The notes under the pieces were generated by a model, which made no database searches, was not told the origin of the DNA, and worked only from the letters and a program-made list of their open reading frames with translations. Position numbers and translations under genes: made by a program. Source: Candidatus Helarchaeota archaeon (GTDB lineage: Archaea; Asgardarchaeota; Lokiarchaeia; Helarchaeales; RDOG01). From it: a stretch of DNA of 41,064 bases. Below are positions 16,983-26,053 of this stretch, piece by piece. The stretch covers positions 1-41,064 of the forward strand of contig JALGVI010000097.1 of assembly GCA_029838215.1 (NCBI GenBank), given 5' to 3'. Each line of letters starts with the position of its first letter. The first letter of the stretch is position 1.

Positions 16983-18122
16983 ATGGAAAAATCCGACAAG
17001 AAACTGATCAAGAAGGAAAAGGAAATTGAGAAGTTAAAGATAAAGATCAAGGAAAGCGAACAAAAGTATAAGCGTGAGATTGACCGTAGAAAGGAGGAAA
17101 TAAAGGAGCTTGAGCAGACCATTCGTGAGCTCCGGGATGAGAAGTCCACGCTTGTAATAAATGAAGAGCAAGCCATCGTGTTGAAAGCCGAAACAAGGGG
17201 ATTAGAGCTGAAGCTTGAGGAGAAATTAACAGAGATCGAGAATTTAAGGGCAGAATTGGCGGGAAGAGACAAGCAAATTTCACGGTTGAGTGCCATCGAG
17301 ACGAGCCTTCGCGATGAGTTGAGGCAGAAAAAGGAGGAAATTGCGAAAAAGGACTCTGAGATTCGCGAGCACATTTCCGAGAAGAAAGATGCCGCACAAA
17401 ACATCAGCGATTTGGACATTGAGATCGGGCGTTTCAAGGATGAGATTTCGAAGTTGGAACAGGCAAAATCGGAGCAAAAGTCGGAGCTCGCTCGGCTGAA
17501 TGCGGTCATTGGACAAAGGGAAGAGGAAATCAAGAATTTAAACATCGTGATTGAGGAAAAGAACCGATTAATAGACAGCTTAAAAGAGCAGATCGAGACA
17601 ATCAAGAAATTAAACGATGACCTTGAAGAGGAGAAGATCAAATTGCGCGAGGGGCTTTGGGCGGCGGAAAACGGGATCATATCGAACCTGTTACCAAACC
17701 TGATCAAGGGTGATCAGCAGGCGTTGGATAAAATCAAGGAGATAATGGGGAGGATGGTCCATAATGCCATCATAGGCATTCCCGTAATCGAGTTATTGCC
17801 CGAAATTTTCTCGGACATCACCCTGAAATCCACGCAAAATCTTCGAGTCATCACCAGTATTGATTTTAACAATCCCAAGCACAAGGCGATTTTTGATGGA
17901 TATGACAAGCCCAACATCACGCTTAGAAATTACGACAAGAAAAACCTGTGGGGCGTCATCAGGGATCAAGAGGAGTTATTGGTCGCACCCGAGGACGCCT
18001 CGGGAAATCCCATTGGAATCGTGGTGAAGGATCCCTATCAGATTGAAATTTTAGGAAATGTCTTGTTGAATATTTGGGCAAAAAGTAAGCGAAATGTTTC
18101 GGAATACGATTTCAAGGCGTGA
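16983..18122 (+). CDS. Long coiled-coil protein with a C-terminal globular alpha/beta (TrmB/PLD-like) domain
   Basis: About 230 aa of E/K-rich heptads, then NAIIGIP..LRVITS..ITLRNY..WGVIRDQEELLVAP, resembling the TrmB C-terminal/PLD-like fold without an HKD motif. Confidence 0.7.
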   Translation: MEKSDKKLIKKEKEIEKLKIKIKESEQKYKREIDRRKEEIKELEQTIRELRDEKSTLVINEEQAIVLKAETRGLELKLEEKLTEIENLRAELAGRDKQISRLSAIETSLRDELRQKKEEIAKKDSEIREHISEKKDAAQNISDLDIEIGRFKDEISKLEQAKSEQKSELARLNAVIGQREEEIKNLNIVIEEKNRLIDSLKEQIETIKKLNDDLEEEKIKLREGLWAAENGIISNLLPNLIKGDQQALDKIKEIMGRMVHNAIIGIPVIELLPEIFSDITLKSTQNLRVITSIDFNNPKHKAIFDGYDKPNITLRNYDKKNLWGVIRDQEELLVAPEDASGNPIGIVVKDPYQIEILGNVLLNIWAKSKRNVSEYDFKA

Positions 18123-18150
18123 GTGAATCTTCCCGACGTTTTCGCGGTGC

Positions 18151-18170
18151 TTTTTTTTTCCCTGCTTTTT
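18151..18170 (+). terminator. Archaeal oligo-T terminator
   Basis: T9 followed by CCCTGC-T5 about 30 nt after the stop at 18122. Confidence 0.45.
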
Positions 18171-18288
18171 GTTATCACATTTAAGATAGTCTAAAATCGA
18201 CGTTATTGCATCACTTTTATAATCTAGTTGAAAACAAGTTATGTTAAAACACGTGTTTCTTATTGTTTAAGACGTAAATTAGTGGTCC

Positions 18289-19671
18289 ATGATGAAAATT
18301 TACAACAAGACAGTGTTTAAATATCTAATTTTAGTGAGTTGTTACCTTGCACTTGCTTGGGGCATCATGGCGGCGGTTTTGTACCTATTCCTTGATTTTT
18401 CTCTCATGGGGATTCTCATCGGTCTATTTTATCCGGAGGTCGCGCCTTTATTGGTATTGACTTACGTTGGACCTACCCTTGTCATCATTAGATTGCAGTT
18501 TTGGCATAAATGGAAGCGTGCCTTGATCGTCCTCGGGATTTGCGGTTTTCTCATGTTTGCGGGGTATTTTCAGTTTTTCACGGCACCGTTTCGTTTATTT
18601 GAAGCGGAGTATCAGATGACGACCACGTATCAGGCGTCGTATTTGGCGCTTGATAAGAGCAACATGTTGCCTTCGCCAGTTTCGCTTTGGAGTTCGGTGA
18701 TGGGCTTGCAGGTTGACGAGGCTCTTTACACGGTTCAGACGAATATTTTATATTATAATAATGGCGTGGACAAATTTCGCTTCGACTATTACAAGCCGTC
18801 GTGGGGATCGGGTCCATTTCCGGTCATCATCAACATCCACGGTGGTGCTTGGGCAGCGGGCGGAAAGGGAATTGCGAATACCCCCGGCTTTAGCAAGTAC
18901 ATGGCATCGAAGGGTTACGTTGTTTTCGACTTGAATTATGGAGTTTATGACCTCAGGATGATTGCGGCTCAGCTCGGGATCGGACCGTTACTTCAATCGA
19001 TTTGGGGCATTTACGGGTCGCTCCTGCCCATTTATAATGGTTCTTATACCGTGGAGGAGCAATTGGAGAACATTGGGCGGTTCACGCAGTTTCTTGACAC
19101 GTATAATGCCACGTATGAGGCGGACATGAGCAACGTGTTCGTCACGGGCAGGTCGGCTGGTGGTCATCTTGCTTACATGGTGGGACTGGGATACAAGAGT
19201 CCGTTATTTGCGGGTAATTTTTCGTCTAGCATGGTCATAAAGGGTATTTTCCCATTTTATGGGCCTACGGACATGAGCCTGATGAGGGACGGAGTTGCTC
19301 GCGGCACGCTCGGAGGAGTTCCGCCACCCATTGGACCGATTGTTGCCAACGTGATATTTGACAACTTGCTAAATGGTTCCTTGCCATTGGAACAACAATA
19401 TCAGAAATACTCTCCGGCATACTTGATTCAAACCTTGTCCGCGAGTGACATTCCGCCGATTCTCATCATCCACGGCGAAAAGGACAATCTTTGTCCATAT
19501 TTTGAGCAGTCCTGGACATTTCACAAGTTGGCGTTGCAAAAGGGCGCGAAATGCCTTTTCATCACGATTCCCGGACAAGGTCATGCATTTGACATATTTA
19601 ATTTTCAGAGTCTTGGTGGCCAGATGAGCACGTATTATATCGAGCGATTTCTTGCTCTTGAAGGAGGTTAA
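18289..19671 (+). CDS. Membrane-anchored alpha/beta hydrolase (HSL/BD-FAE-like esterase), paralog 1
   Basis: Three N-terminal hydrophobic helices, IHGGAW oxyanion loop, GRSAGG nucleophile elbow, HGEKD, GHAF catalytic His. Confidence 0.9.
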   Translation: MMKIYNKTVFKYLILVSCYLALAWGIMAAVLYLFLDFSLMGILIGLFYPEVAPLLVLTYVGPTLVIIRLQFWHKWKRALIVLGICGFLMFAGYFQFFTAPFRLFEAEYQMTTTYQASYLALDKSNMLPSPVSLWSSVMGLQVDEALYTVQTNILYYNNGVDKFRFDYYKPSWGSGPFPVIINIHGGAWAAGGKGIANTPGFSKYMASKGYVVFDLNYGVYDLRMIAAQLGIGPLLQSIWGIYGSLLPIYNGSYTVEEQLENIGRFTQFLDTYNATYEADMSNVFVTGRSAGGHLAYMVGLGYKSPLFAGNFSSSMVIKGIFPFYGPTDMSLMRDGVARGTLGGVPPPIGPIVANVIFDNLLNGSLPLEQQYQKYSPAYLIQTLSASDIPPILIIHGEKDNLCPYFEQSWTFHKLALQKGAKCLFITIPGQGHAFDIFNFQSLGGQMSTYYIERFLALEGG

Positions 19672-19674
19672 AAA

Positions 19675-20148
19675 ATGGAAAAAATGAAGAATAGTTTGGA
19701 AAAAATTAGGGGTGAGCTAAAATCGAAGCGTTTTTTTAAGATCTTTGTTTTTGGCTCGGCATTTTACCTGTTGGTGACGTTATTATTTATAGGGCTCGGG
19801 TTGATGCCGAATTGGATTCTTCAAACGGTTGCGGGTATCGTGCAGTTCATTGCATTCATCGTGATGTTCGTGCAGATCTTGCTAATGTTTTGGAATTCGA
19901 ATCGTGATGATTCGCTTGGACACAAGGTTACGGGAGTTGCCTATATCAGTTTATTTGCGATGTTGATTTGCACGATTTTAATTGTCGTGGCTTCTTTCCT
20001 GAATTCGTTCTATCCCAATCCGGGTTCTAACCCTACTTATGCCCCGATGTTATCGATTTTTGCACTCGGCATTTGTTTTTCCTTTGGTATCTTTGCTTCG
20101 ATGGCTTGCTACATGGCGCTTTCAGAAGATAGTGCATGGAACTTTTAA
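19675..20148 (+). CDS. Hypothetical integral membrane protein (about 4 TM)
   Basis: Four hydrophobic segments, GGAGG RBS, co-oriented between hydrolase paralogs. Confidence 0.75.
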   Translation: MEKMKNSLEKIRGELKSKRFFKIFVFGSAFYLLVTLLFIGLGLMPNWILQTVAGIVQFIAFIVMFVQILLMFWNSNRDDSLGHKVTGVAYISLFAMLICTILIVVASFLNSFYPNPGSNPTYAPMLSIFALGICFSFGIFASMACYMALSEDSAWNF

Positions 20149-20186
20149 CCCATTTATTTTTTTTAATGGAGGAAGGAGTTTTGAAA

Positions 20187-21551
20187 ATGGATTCGAAAAA
20201 GCTACTTAAATTCGGGATCTTGGGCGTTTGTTACTTGGTGATCGGCTTGAGTCTTTGGGTTACCATCACGTATTTGTTTTTTGATTGCACGTTTCTTGGA
20301 TTCGCGTTTTCGGCGGGTTATCCAGCTGTCGGTCCTGTCGTGCTGTTTTTATCCGTGATTTCGGCACTCATAATCATTCGTTTTCAGTTCACGAGGAAGT
20401 GGAAGCTTGCCTTGATATTTGTTGGAATCAGCGGGTTTCTCTTATTTTCGGCATGTATTCCTTACATGGCTTTGCCGTATCGAATTGCGGAAGCCGAGTC
20501 CCAGATGATTGCCACGTATGGGCAGGATTATCTTTCATTGTCAACTGCAAACATGAGGCCGATGCCTTATTCCCTGCAAGATGCTTTTTACGGGATGTCA
20601 ATTGATGACTCCTTGTATTCGGTTCAGTCGGGCATTCTTTACAGGGATAACGGGCTGGATCAATTTCACTTCGATTACTACAAGCCGACGTGGGGTTCGG
20701 GTCCGTACCCAGTCATAATCAACCTACACGGAGGAGCCTGGGTATTGGGCGGACCGGGGTTTGAGAATGTCATTCCTTTTAGCAAGTACATGGCATCTAG
20801 AGGATATGTTGTTTTTGATCTGGAATATGGCGTTTACGACATCTCGAACATCAGCCGCGAGATCGGCGGTGGTGAGCTCGGCACCTTGTTGCAGTCGGTG
20901 ACGGGGATCTTCACGCCGTATTACAACCACTCTTATACCATAGACGAGCAGGTCGCCAATATCGGATATTTCACGAAGTTTCTTGCGCAATATAATGCGA
21001 CATACGAAGCCGATTTGAACAACGTGTTCGTGATGGGACGGAGTGCGGGCGGCCACATGACATCGGTCGTGACCTGTGGATACAAGAATGCGCAGTTTGC
21101 CGGAGTTTTTTCATCGAACATTACCATTCGGGGTGGTCTTTGGATTTACCCGCCAACGGACATGTCCTTGATGAAGTCCGCCTTGATCAGGGGAAACCTG
21201 CTTGCCTTGCCGCCTCCATATAATTACATGTTGGCGAGCGCCATTGACGTGGTCCTGAACATCTCAAATGCACCCAACAATTATGACAAGTATTCGGCAT
21301 CGAAGCTCATCGAAAGCACGCCCGTTGGCGACATTCCGCCGATAATGATAATACACGGAGAGAAAGACAACTTGGTGCCGTATGTCGAGCAGGCCCTGCT
21401 GTTCAAGCAGCGTGCCACTGCGTTAAACCTGAAGTGTATCTTGATAACGATCCCTGGCGCTGGGCATGGTTTTGATTTTATTTTTCCCAGTCCGGGAGGG
21501 CAGATTAGTGCTTATTATGCGGAGCGGTTTTTTGCTTTAGAAAGAACATGA
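20187..21551 (+). CDS. Membrane-anchored alpha/beta hydrolase, paralog 2
   Basis: LHGGAW, GRSAGG, HGEKD, GHGF. ATG at 20187 after a GGAGGAAGGAG RBS is preferred over 20136. Confidence 0.9.
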   Translation: MDSKKLLKFGILGVCYLVIGLSLWVTITYLFFDCTFLGFAFSAGYPAVGPVVLFLSVISALIIIRFQFTRKWKLALIFVGISGFLLFSACIPYMALPYRIAEAESQMIATYGQDYLSLSTANMRPMPYSLQDAFYGMSIDDSLYSVQSGILYRDNGLDQFHFDYYKPTWGSGPYPVIINLHGGAWVLGGPGFENVIPFSKYMASRGYVVFDLEYGVYDISNISREIGGGELGTLLQSVTGIFTPYYNHSYTIDEQVANIGYFTKFLAQYNATYEADLNNVFVMGRSAGGHMTSVVTCGYKNAQFAGVFSSNITIRGGLWIYPPTDMSLMKSALIRGNLLALPPPYNYMLASAIDVVLNISNAPNNYDKYSASKLIESTPVGDIPPIMIIHGEKDNLVPYVEQALLFKQRATALNLKCILITIPGAGHGFDFIFPSPGGQISAYYAERFFALERT

Positions 21552-21569
21552 ATGCGGAGGAAGTGATGG

Positions 21570-22908
21570 ATGAATTATCAAAAACTAGTGCGATATCTGG
21601 CGGTGCTTGCCAGTGGTCTTGTCCTTGTGGTGGCACTCGTCATTACCGTGATATACTTCTTTTTTGAATACACGCTTTTAGGCATAGTCATAGGGATGAT
21701 TTATCCCGATGTTGCGCCGATGCTCGTGCTGCTTTACATCGTGCCAACGTTAATCATCATTCGGCTTCTGTTCTGGAATAAATGGAAACATGCCTTGATT
21801 GTCTTGGGAATTTGTGGCTTTCTTCTCGTTGGAGCATATCTACCTTATTTCACGTATTCAGCTCGGCTGGCTGACGTGGAGCTTCAAATGATTTCTACAT
21901 ATCAGGCGGATTACCTGACTTTAGGCACGACATCAATGCGTCCAGTTCAATTTTCGACTTGGGATGCTTTATTTGGGATTTCGATTGATGATTCGCTTTA
22001 TAGCATTCAAACCGACATTGTTTATCTGGACAATGGACAGGACAAGTTGAAGTTTGATTTCTATAAACCGACGTGGGGTTCGGGTCCGTATCCTGCGATC
22101 ATCACGGTCCACGGTGGTGCGTGGGTTCTTGGCAACAAGGGGATCGGGAACGGAGTTAATTTTAACAAGTACATGGCATCGAAGGGTTACGTTGTTTTCG
22201 ACATCCAGTACGGCTTGTATGACATCATCCAAGCTGCACGGGCTTGTATGACATCATCCAAGCTGCACGGGAAGTTGGAATGAGTTCTTTAATTCCCTTC
22301 CTGCAATCTCAGTTCGGGGGCGGAGCGGCTTCAGGAAATACATTGTTTCCCGATTATAATAAATCCTATACCATCGAGGAGCAGGTCGAGAACATCGGCA
22401 ATTTCACGCATTACTTGGATGAGCATAATGCCACGTATGATGCGGACTTGAACAACATCTTCATTTGCGGAAGGAGTGCAGGAGGGCATTTGGCATCAGT
22501 CGTTGCAACAGGTTACAAGAACGCGTTGCAAACATGAGAACCATGCAGCTTGCGGTTTACCAACAACGGCTATTAGGATTGCCACACCCGTATAACCTGT
22601 ACATAGCTCACGCCTTCGATTATCTCGTGAGCAATGACTTTGACAGGTTCTCATCTTCGTATCTCATTCAGAGCACGGCACCGGGCGACATTCCCGACCT
22701 ATTGATCTTGCATGGTGAAAAAGACGGCATCGTGCCGTATGTTGAACAGGGTCTCGGACTGCACTTACTTGCTCAAAGTCGCGGTGTCAAGTCCGTGTTG
22801 GTTACGATTCCGGGTGCAGGTCATGGATTTGACTTGATATTTCAAAGTCATGGTGGGCAGGTTAGTCTTTATTATGCTGAGCGTTTCCTTTCCTTGACCA
22901 GAAGCTAA
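21570..22908 (+). pseudogene. Membrane-anchored alpha/beta hydrolase, paralog 3, split into three frames
   Basis: VHGGAW lies in 21570-22283, GRSAGG in 22244-22537, and HGEKD/GHGF in 22465-22908. The breaks are a 29-nt tandem duplication at 22212 and loss of about 20 codons at about 22530 relative to paralog 2. Confidence 0.88.
22212..22269. repeat. Perfect 29-nt tandem duplication
   Basis: GGCTTGTATGACATCATCCAAGCTGCACG occurs at 22212-22240 and 22241-22269. Confidence 0.97.
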
Positions 22909-22929
22909 CAGGGCCAAATACCCTTTCAA

Positions 22930-22938
22930 TTTTTTTTT
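22930..22938 (+). terminator. Oligo-T terminator of the hydrolase cluster
   Basis: T9 run about 20 nt after the stop at 22908. Confidence 0.4.
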
Positions 22939-23030
22939 CCTTTAATTTTGAGAAATACTTAAAAGAAAAATAGATGGTAAGGAAGATGAGTTAATGTTAA
23001 ACAGAGTTTTCATTTAGTTGGTGCATTTTC

Positions 23031-23618
23031 GTGAAGTATTTGCATTTTACACACCAAGACATCCACGTGCAATGTCATGAGTTGGCAATGAAGGTGAAAA
23101 AGGATGGTTTTTACCCTGACGTGATCGTTGCGGTTGCAAGAGGGGGTTTTCCTGTTGCCAGATTGCTTGCGGATTTCCTGCGCGTGGTAGAATTACAGAG
23201 CGTTCAAATTGAGTTATACAAGAATATTTCGAAAATGTTGGATTCTCCCAACATCATCGCTTTAAACCTCCAGAATCTCGAAGGGCGCAAGGTATTGGTG
23301 TGTGATGACATCGTGGACACGGGAACGACGATCAAGCTCGTGATCGATCATCTCAAGCAGATCGAGAACGTGGATTATAAAATCGTGACCTTGCACGTCA
23401 AGGAATCGGCGGATTTCGAGCCGGATTATTTTCATTCCAAAGTTACGGAGTGGGTCATTTATCCTTGGGAATTGCATGAAACGATAAGCGTGTTTCTTGA
23501 AGAAGGCATGAAGCAATCGAAATCGACGAAGCAGGTACTTGAAGAGTTGCGACAGATCGGCTTGGAGCCCGACTTTCTTAAGAATTACGAAACATGGATG
23601 AAAGAAACTCCTGAATGA
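23031..23618 (+). CDS. Type I phosphoribosyltransferase (purine salvage, HGPRT/XGPRT-like)
   Basis: VAVARGG and PRPP-binding motif VLVCDDIVDTGTT. C-terminal WVIYPWE. Confidence 0.9.
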   Translation: MKYLHFTHQDIHVQCHELAMKVKKDGFYPDVIVAVARGGFPVARLLADFLRVVELQSVQIELYKNISKMLDSPNIIALNLQNLEGRKVLVCDDIVDTGTTIKLVIDHLKQIENVDYKIVTLHVKESADFEPDYFHSKVTEWVIYPWELHETISVFLEEGMKQSKSTKQVLEELRQIGLEPDFLKNYETWMKETPE

Positions 23619-26049
23619 TTTGCACTTGCCTTAGATTTAGGATTTTTTCTTTAGCTTCGTTCATTGCGTGGTCAAAAAGAATGCGTTCTTTTGCATCAAG
23701 GATTAGCGTGAGGTTGATGTTTTCATCGTTCATTTTAAATTCTTGAAAGATATCATTCAGACCAGTCATGAATGCGGGTCGGTATTTAGCGGGCTCGAGC
23801 AATCTTTGGAAATATAATTCATAGATTAGCGGGTCGAGTATTTCCCTGTCGAAGAAGTTGAACAGGTCCGTCTCTTCGATTTCTTTTAGGAAGATTAGAA
23901 TTTTCACGACCAGAACGATGACTTTTCGTTCGAACGGCGTTGGTTTTGGGATTGGAAACTGGTTGAGGTGCGAGATCTTGATTTCTGCATAAATTTGCTT
24001 TCCCCTCGGATGGATCAGGTGAAAGAAAAAAGTCATTAACGTGGAATTGATCACGCCCAAGAGATATTCAAGAGACCATATTTTATCTTTTAACGTGCAT
24101 GTGAAAAGGTTATTGCTCACGTAGAACGAGTTCCGGTCCAGAGCGGCTTTGATTTGGTATCCCGTGCGGCAGATTAATAGTTTCGGCATTTCAAAATATT
24201 CGGGTTTTCCGAATCCCGCATATTCGCCGCGTGTTTTGTCGACCAATGCGGGGTCGTAACGCACGTATCGTCCTTGCCAGGTAATGTGGTATCGTTGCAC
24301 TTCGCCGCGCCCGAATATGAGCGGTCTTGCGTGAGGAACCGATGAATCAGTCGTGAAGATCTTGTTTCTCACGTTTCCGGAGTGTATTCCTTCGTGGCAG
24401 GAGAGGATTTCCTTGAGTGGCATCCCGCGATTCTGGATGTTCTTGAGTGTTCGCCATCGTTCGAGAGTCAGGTCTAAATTGAACTTATAATCGGGCATTT
24501 CGTGAAAGAGGTTTTGGGGAACTCTGGATGCATGGATGGTGAGATCGGGAAGTTGACGCACGAGGAGCATTTCGTGAAAATCCCTTTTAATTTCGTCCTG
24601 TTCACGTTGTCCCGTGAAGACCGCGGCGTACATTATGACTTGGTCGAATTTCAAGCCAACATGTTCCAGGGATAGAATGCGGAAGTGGGACAGGAGAAAG
24701 TAGCGAGTTTTAGGGTAATTTTTATGGAGCAATATGTCGGGGACTAAGAATGAGAGCACGCCATCGTCAGTCAGTAGAAAGGTGCTTCTCACGAGAAAAA
24801 GGAAGAAAAGATCCATTCGTGTTTCTCTCAGGTATAGATTTCTATAAATAACCTTCTCGATTTCCGAGAAGTGAGATCCCCATGGTGGGTTTCCGAGTAT
24901 GATCTTGAATCCCCAGCCCCTGTTAAACGGCTTCGGGAATGCCTTGATCCAGTGCAGGATTTTTTGTTTCGTCATGAATTGCTTGATTTCCCGTTCTTGA
25001 AGGTATTCGGAATTTTTTTCAAGCATGTCATGCAAGTACGTGCCGAATTCGGTTCCCTTGAAAAACGGTTCACGGTGAGCGTCCCTGAAATCATAACCGA
25101 GCAGGCTATTTCCCGCCATTAATGAGTTTAACTTTGGAAACAGCCGGATGTCTTCGACCTTGTTGATGTATCGCAATAATGATACCCATATCCGCAGCTT
25201 GCAATTTTCAACTGTGCATTCATCGAGTTCAACGCCGAAGATGTTTTTATCATAGATTTCTGATGCCAGTTGAAGGTCCTGCTTCGGTTGCACGGCCTGA
25301 CTCGAATCGTTGAAAAGGATCTTTTTAGTCAGGTCAAATAAGAAATCGTGGGCAGAGACGAGAAATTCGCCTGAACCGGCAGAGGGATCCAGTATTGTCA
25401 ATTCGGAGATGAGTTGATAAATGCGGTCTTTCTTTGCGGGATCTTCTCTTAAATTCGGGAACGATTCGAGTGAGATATCCGGTTTTTCTTCTGCGGGAAA
25501 TAACTTTTTGAGTAGATATTTTTCAATTGCCGAAGATGCGATTTTATTTACCAATTTTGGGGGGGTATAATAAACGCCTCTTTGTTTTCTATCTGAAGAA
25601 CCAAGTGCAATTTCCCCAAGAGTTCGGGGTGAGATCACGCCTTGTTCGTTTGAATCATCGAAAGACCATTGAATGGAATCGAGCGTGTTGTAAATCGCCG
25701 TGATGATTTGATTTGGAATCTCGGGTTGTTTGGGAGCATCAGGGTTAGCCGATCTAAAAAAACGGAATGAATCAGCGGGATCATCTACGGCGGGGTCCAG
25801 CGTTTTCATCACTTCATCATGAAAGTCATGGCTTGCAGGCGTGCTTGATTTCAATTTTTCCATCATTTCTTCTTTTTTTCGAATGGATACTTGCAAAAAA
25901 TAATGGAAGATGAATTGATTTAGGATTTTTTGAGCTTCAAGATTCCGTTTAGCATCATCGGGGATGAAGTGGAGCATGGAATATATGGTTTCACGATATT
26001 TCTTCATCAGGTCAATAAATTTTTGTTGTTCTTCGGAACGATGAGCCAT
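23578..26049 (-). CDS. N6-adenine DNA methyltransferase, Eco57I/TaqI-like (gamma class) with its own TRD and no evident nuclease domain
   Basis: GVYYTP, ILDPSAGSGEFL (motif I), IFGVEL, GNSL, GNPPW (motif IV), TaqI-C-like PKLLICRTG..YLLGVINSTL. Confidence 0.9.
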   Translation of the reverse strand: MAHRSEEQQKFIDLMKKYRETIYSMLHFIPDDAKRNLEAQKILNQFIFHYFLQVSIRKKEEMMEKLKSSTPASHDFHDEVMKTLDPAVDDPADSFRFFRSANPDAPKQPEIPNQIITAIYNTLDSIQWSFDDSNEQGVISPRTLGEIALGSSDRKQRGVYYTPPKLVNKIASSAIEKYLLKKLFPAEEKPDISLESFPNLREDPAKKDRIYQLISELTILDPSAGSGEFLVSAHDFLFDLTKKILFNDSSQAVQPKQDLQLASEIYDKNIFGVELDECTVENCKLRIWVSLLRYINKVEDIRLFPKLNSLMAGNSLLGYDFRDAHREPFFKGTEFGTYLHDMLEKNSEYLQEREIKQFMTKQKILHWIKAFPKPFNRGWGFKIILGNPPWGSHFSEIEKVIYRNLYLRETRMDLFFLFLVRSTFLLTDDGVLSFLVPDILLHKNYPKTRYFLLSHFRILSLEHVGLKFDQVIMYAAVFTGQREQDEIKRDFHEMLLVRQLPDLTIHASRVPQNLFHEMPDYKFNLDLTLERWRTLKNIQNRGMPLKEILSCHEGIHSGNVRNKIFTTDSSVPHARPLIFGRGEVQRYHITWQGRYVRYDPALVDKTRGEYAGFGKPEYFEMPKLLICRTGYQIKAALDRNSFYVSNNLFTCTLKDKIWSLEYLLGVINSTLMTFFFHLIHPRGKQIYAEIKISHLNQFPIPKPTPFERKVIVLVVKILIFLKEIEETDLFNFFDREILDPLIYELYFQRLLEPAKYRPAFMTGLNDIFQEFKMNDENINLTLILDAKERILFDHAMNEAKEKILNLRQVQIIQEFLSSMFRNS

Positions 26050-26053
26050 GAAA

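Noticed and set aside
16964-17707. 247-aa minus-strand ORF rich in S/F/L
   Set aside because: Mirror of the E/K-rich coiled-coil gene on the + strand.
22212-22271. 29-nt direct repeat as a possible mini-CRISPR
   Set aside because: The copies are adjacent with no spacer and lie inside a hydrolase coding sequence. It is a tandem duplication.
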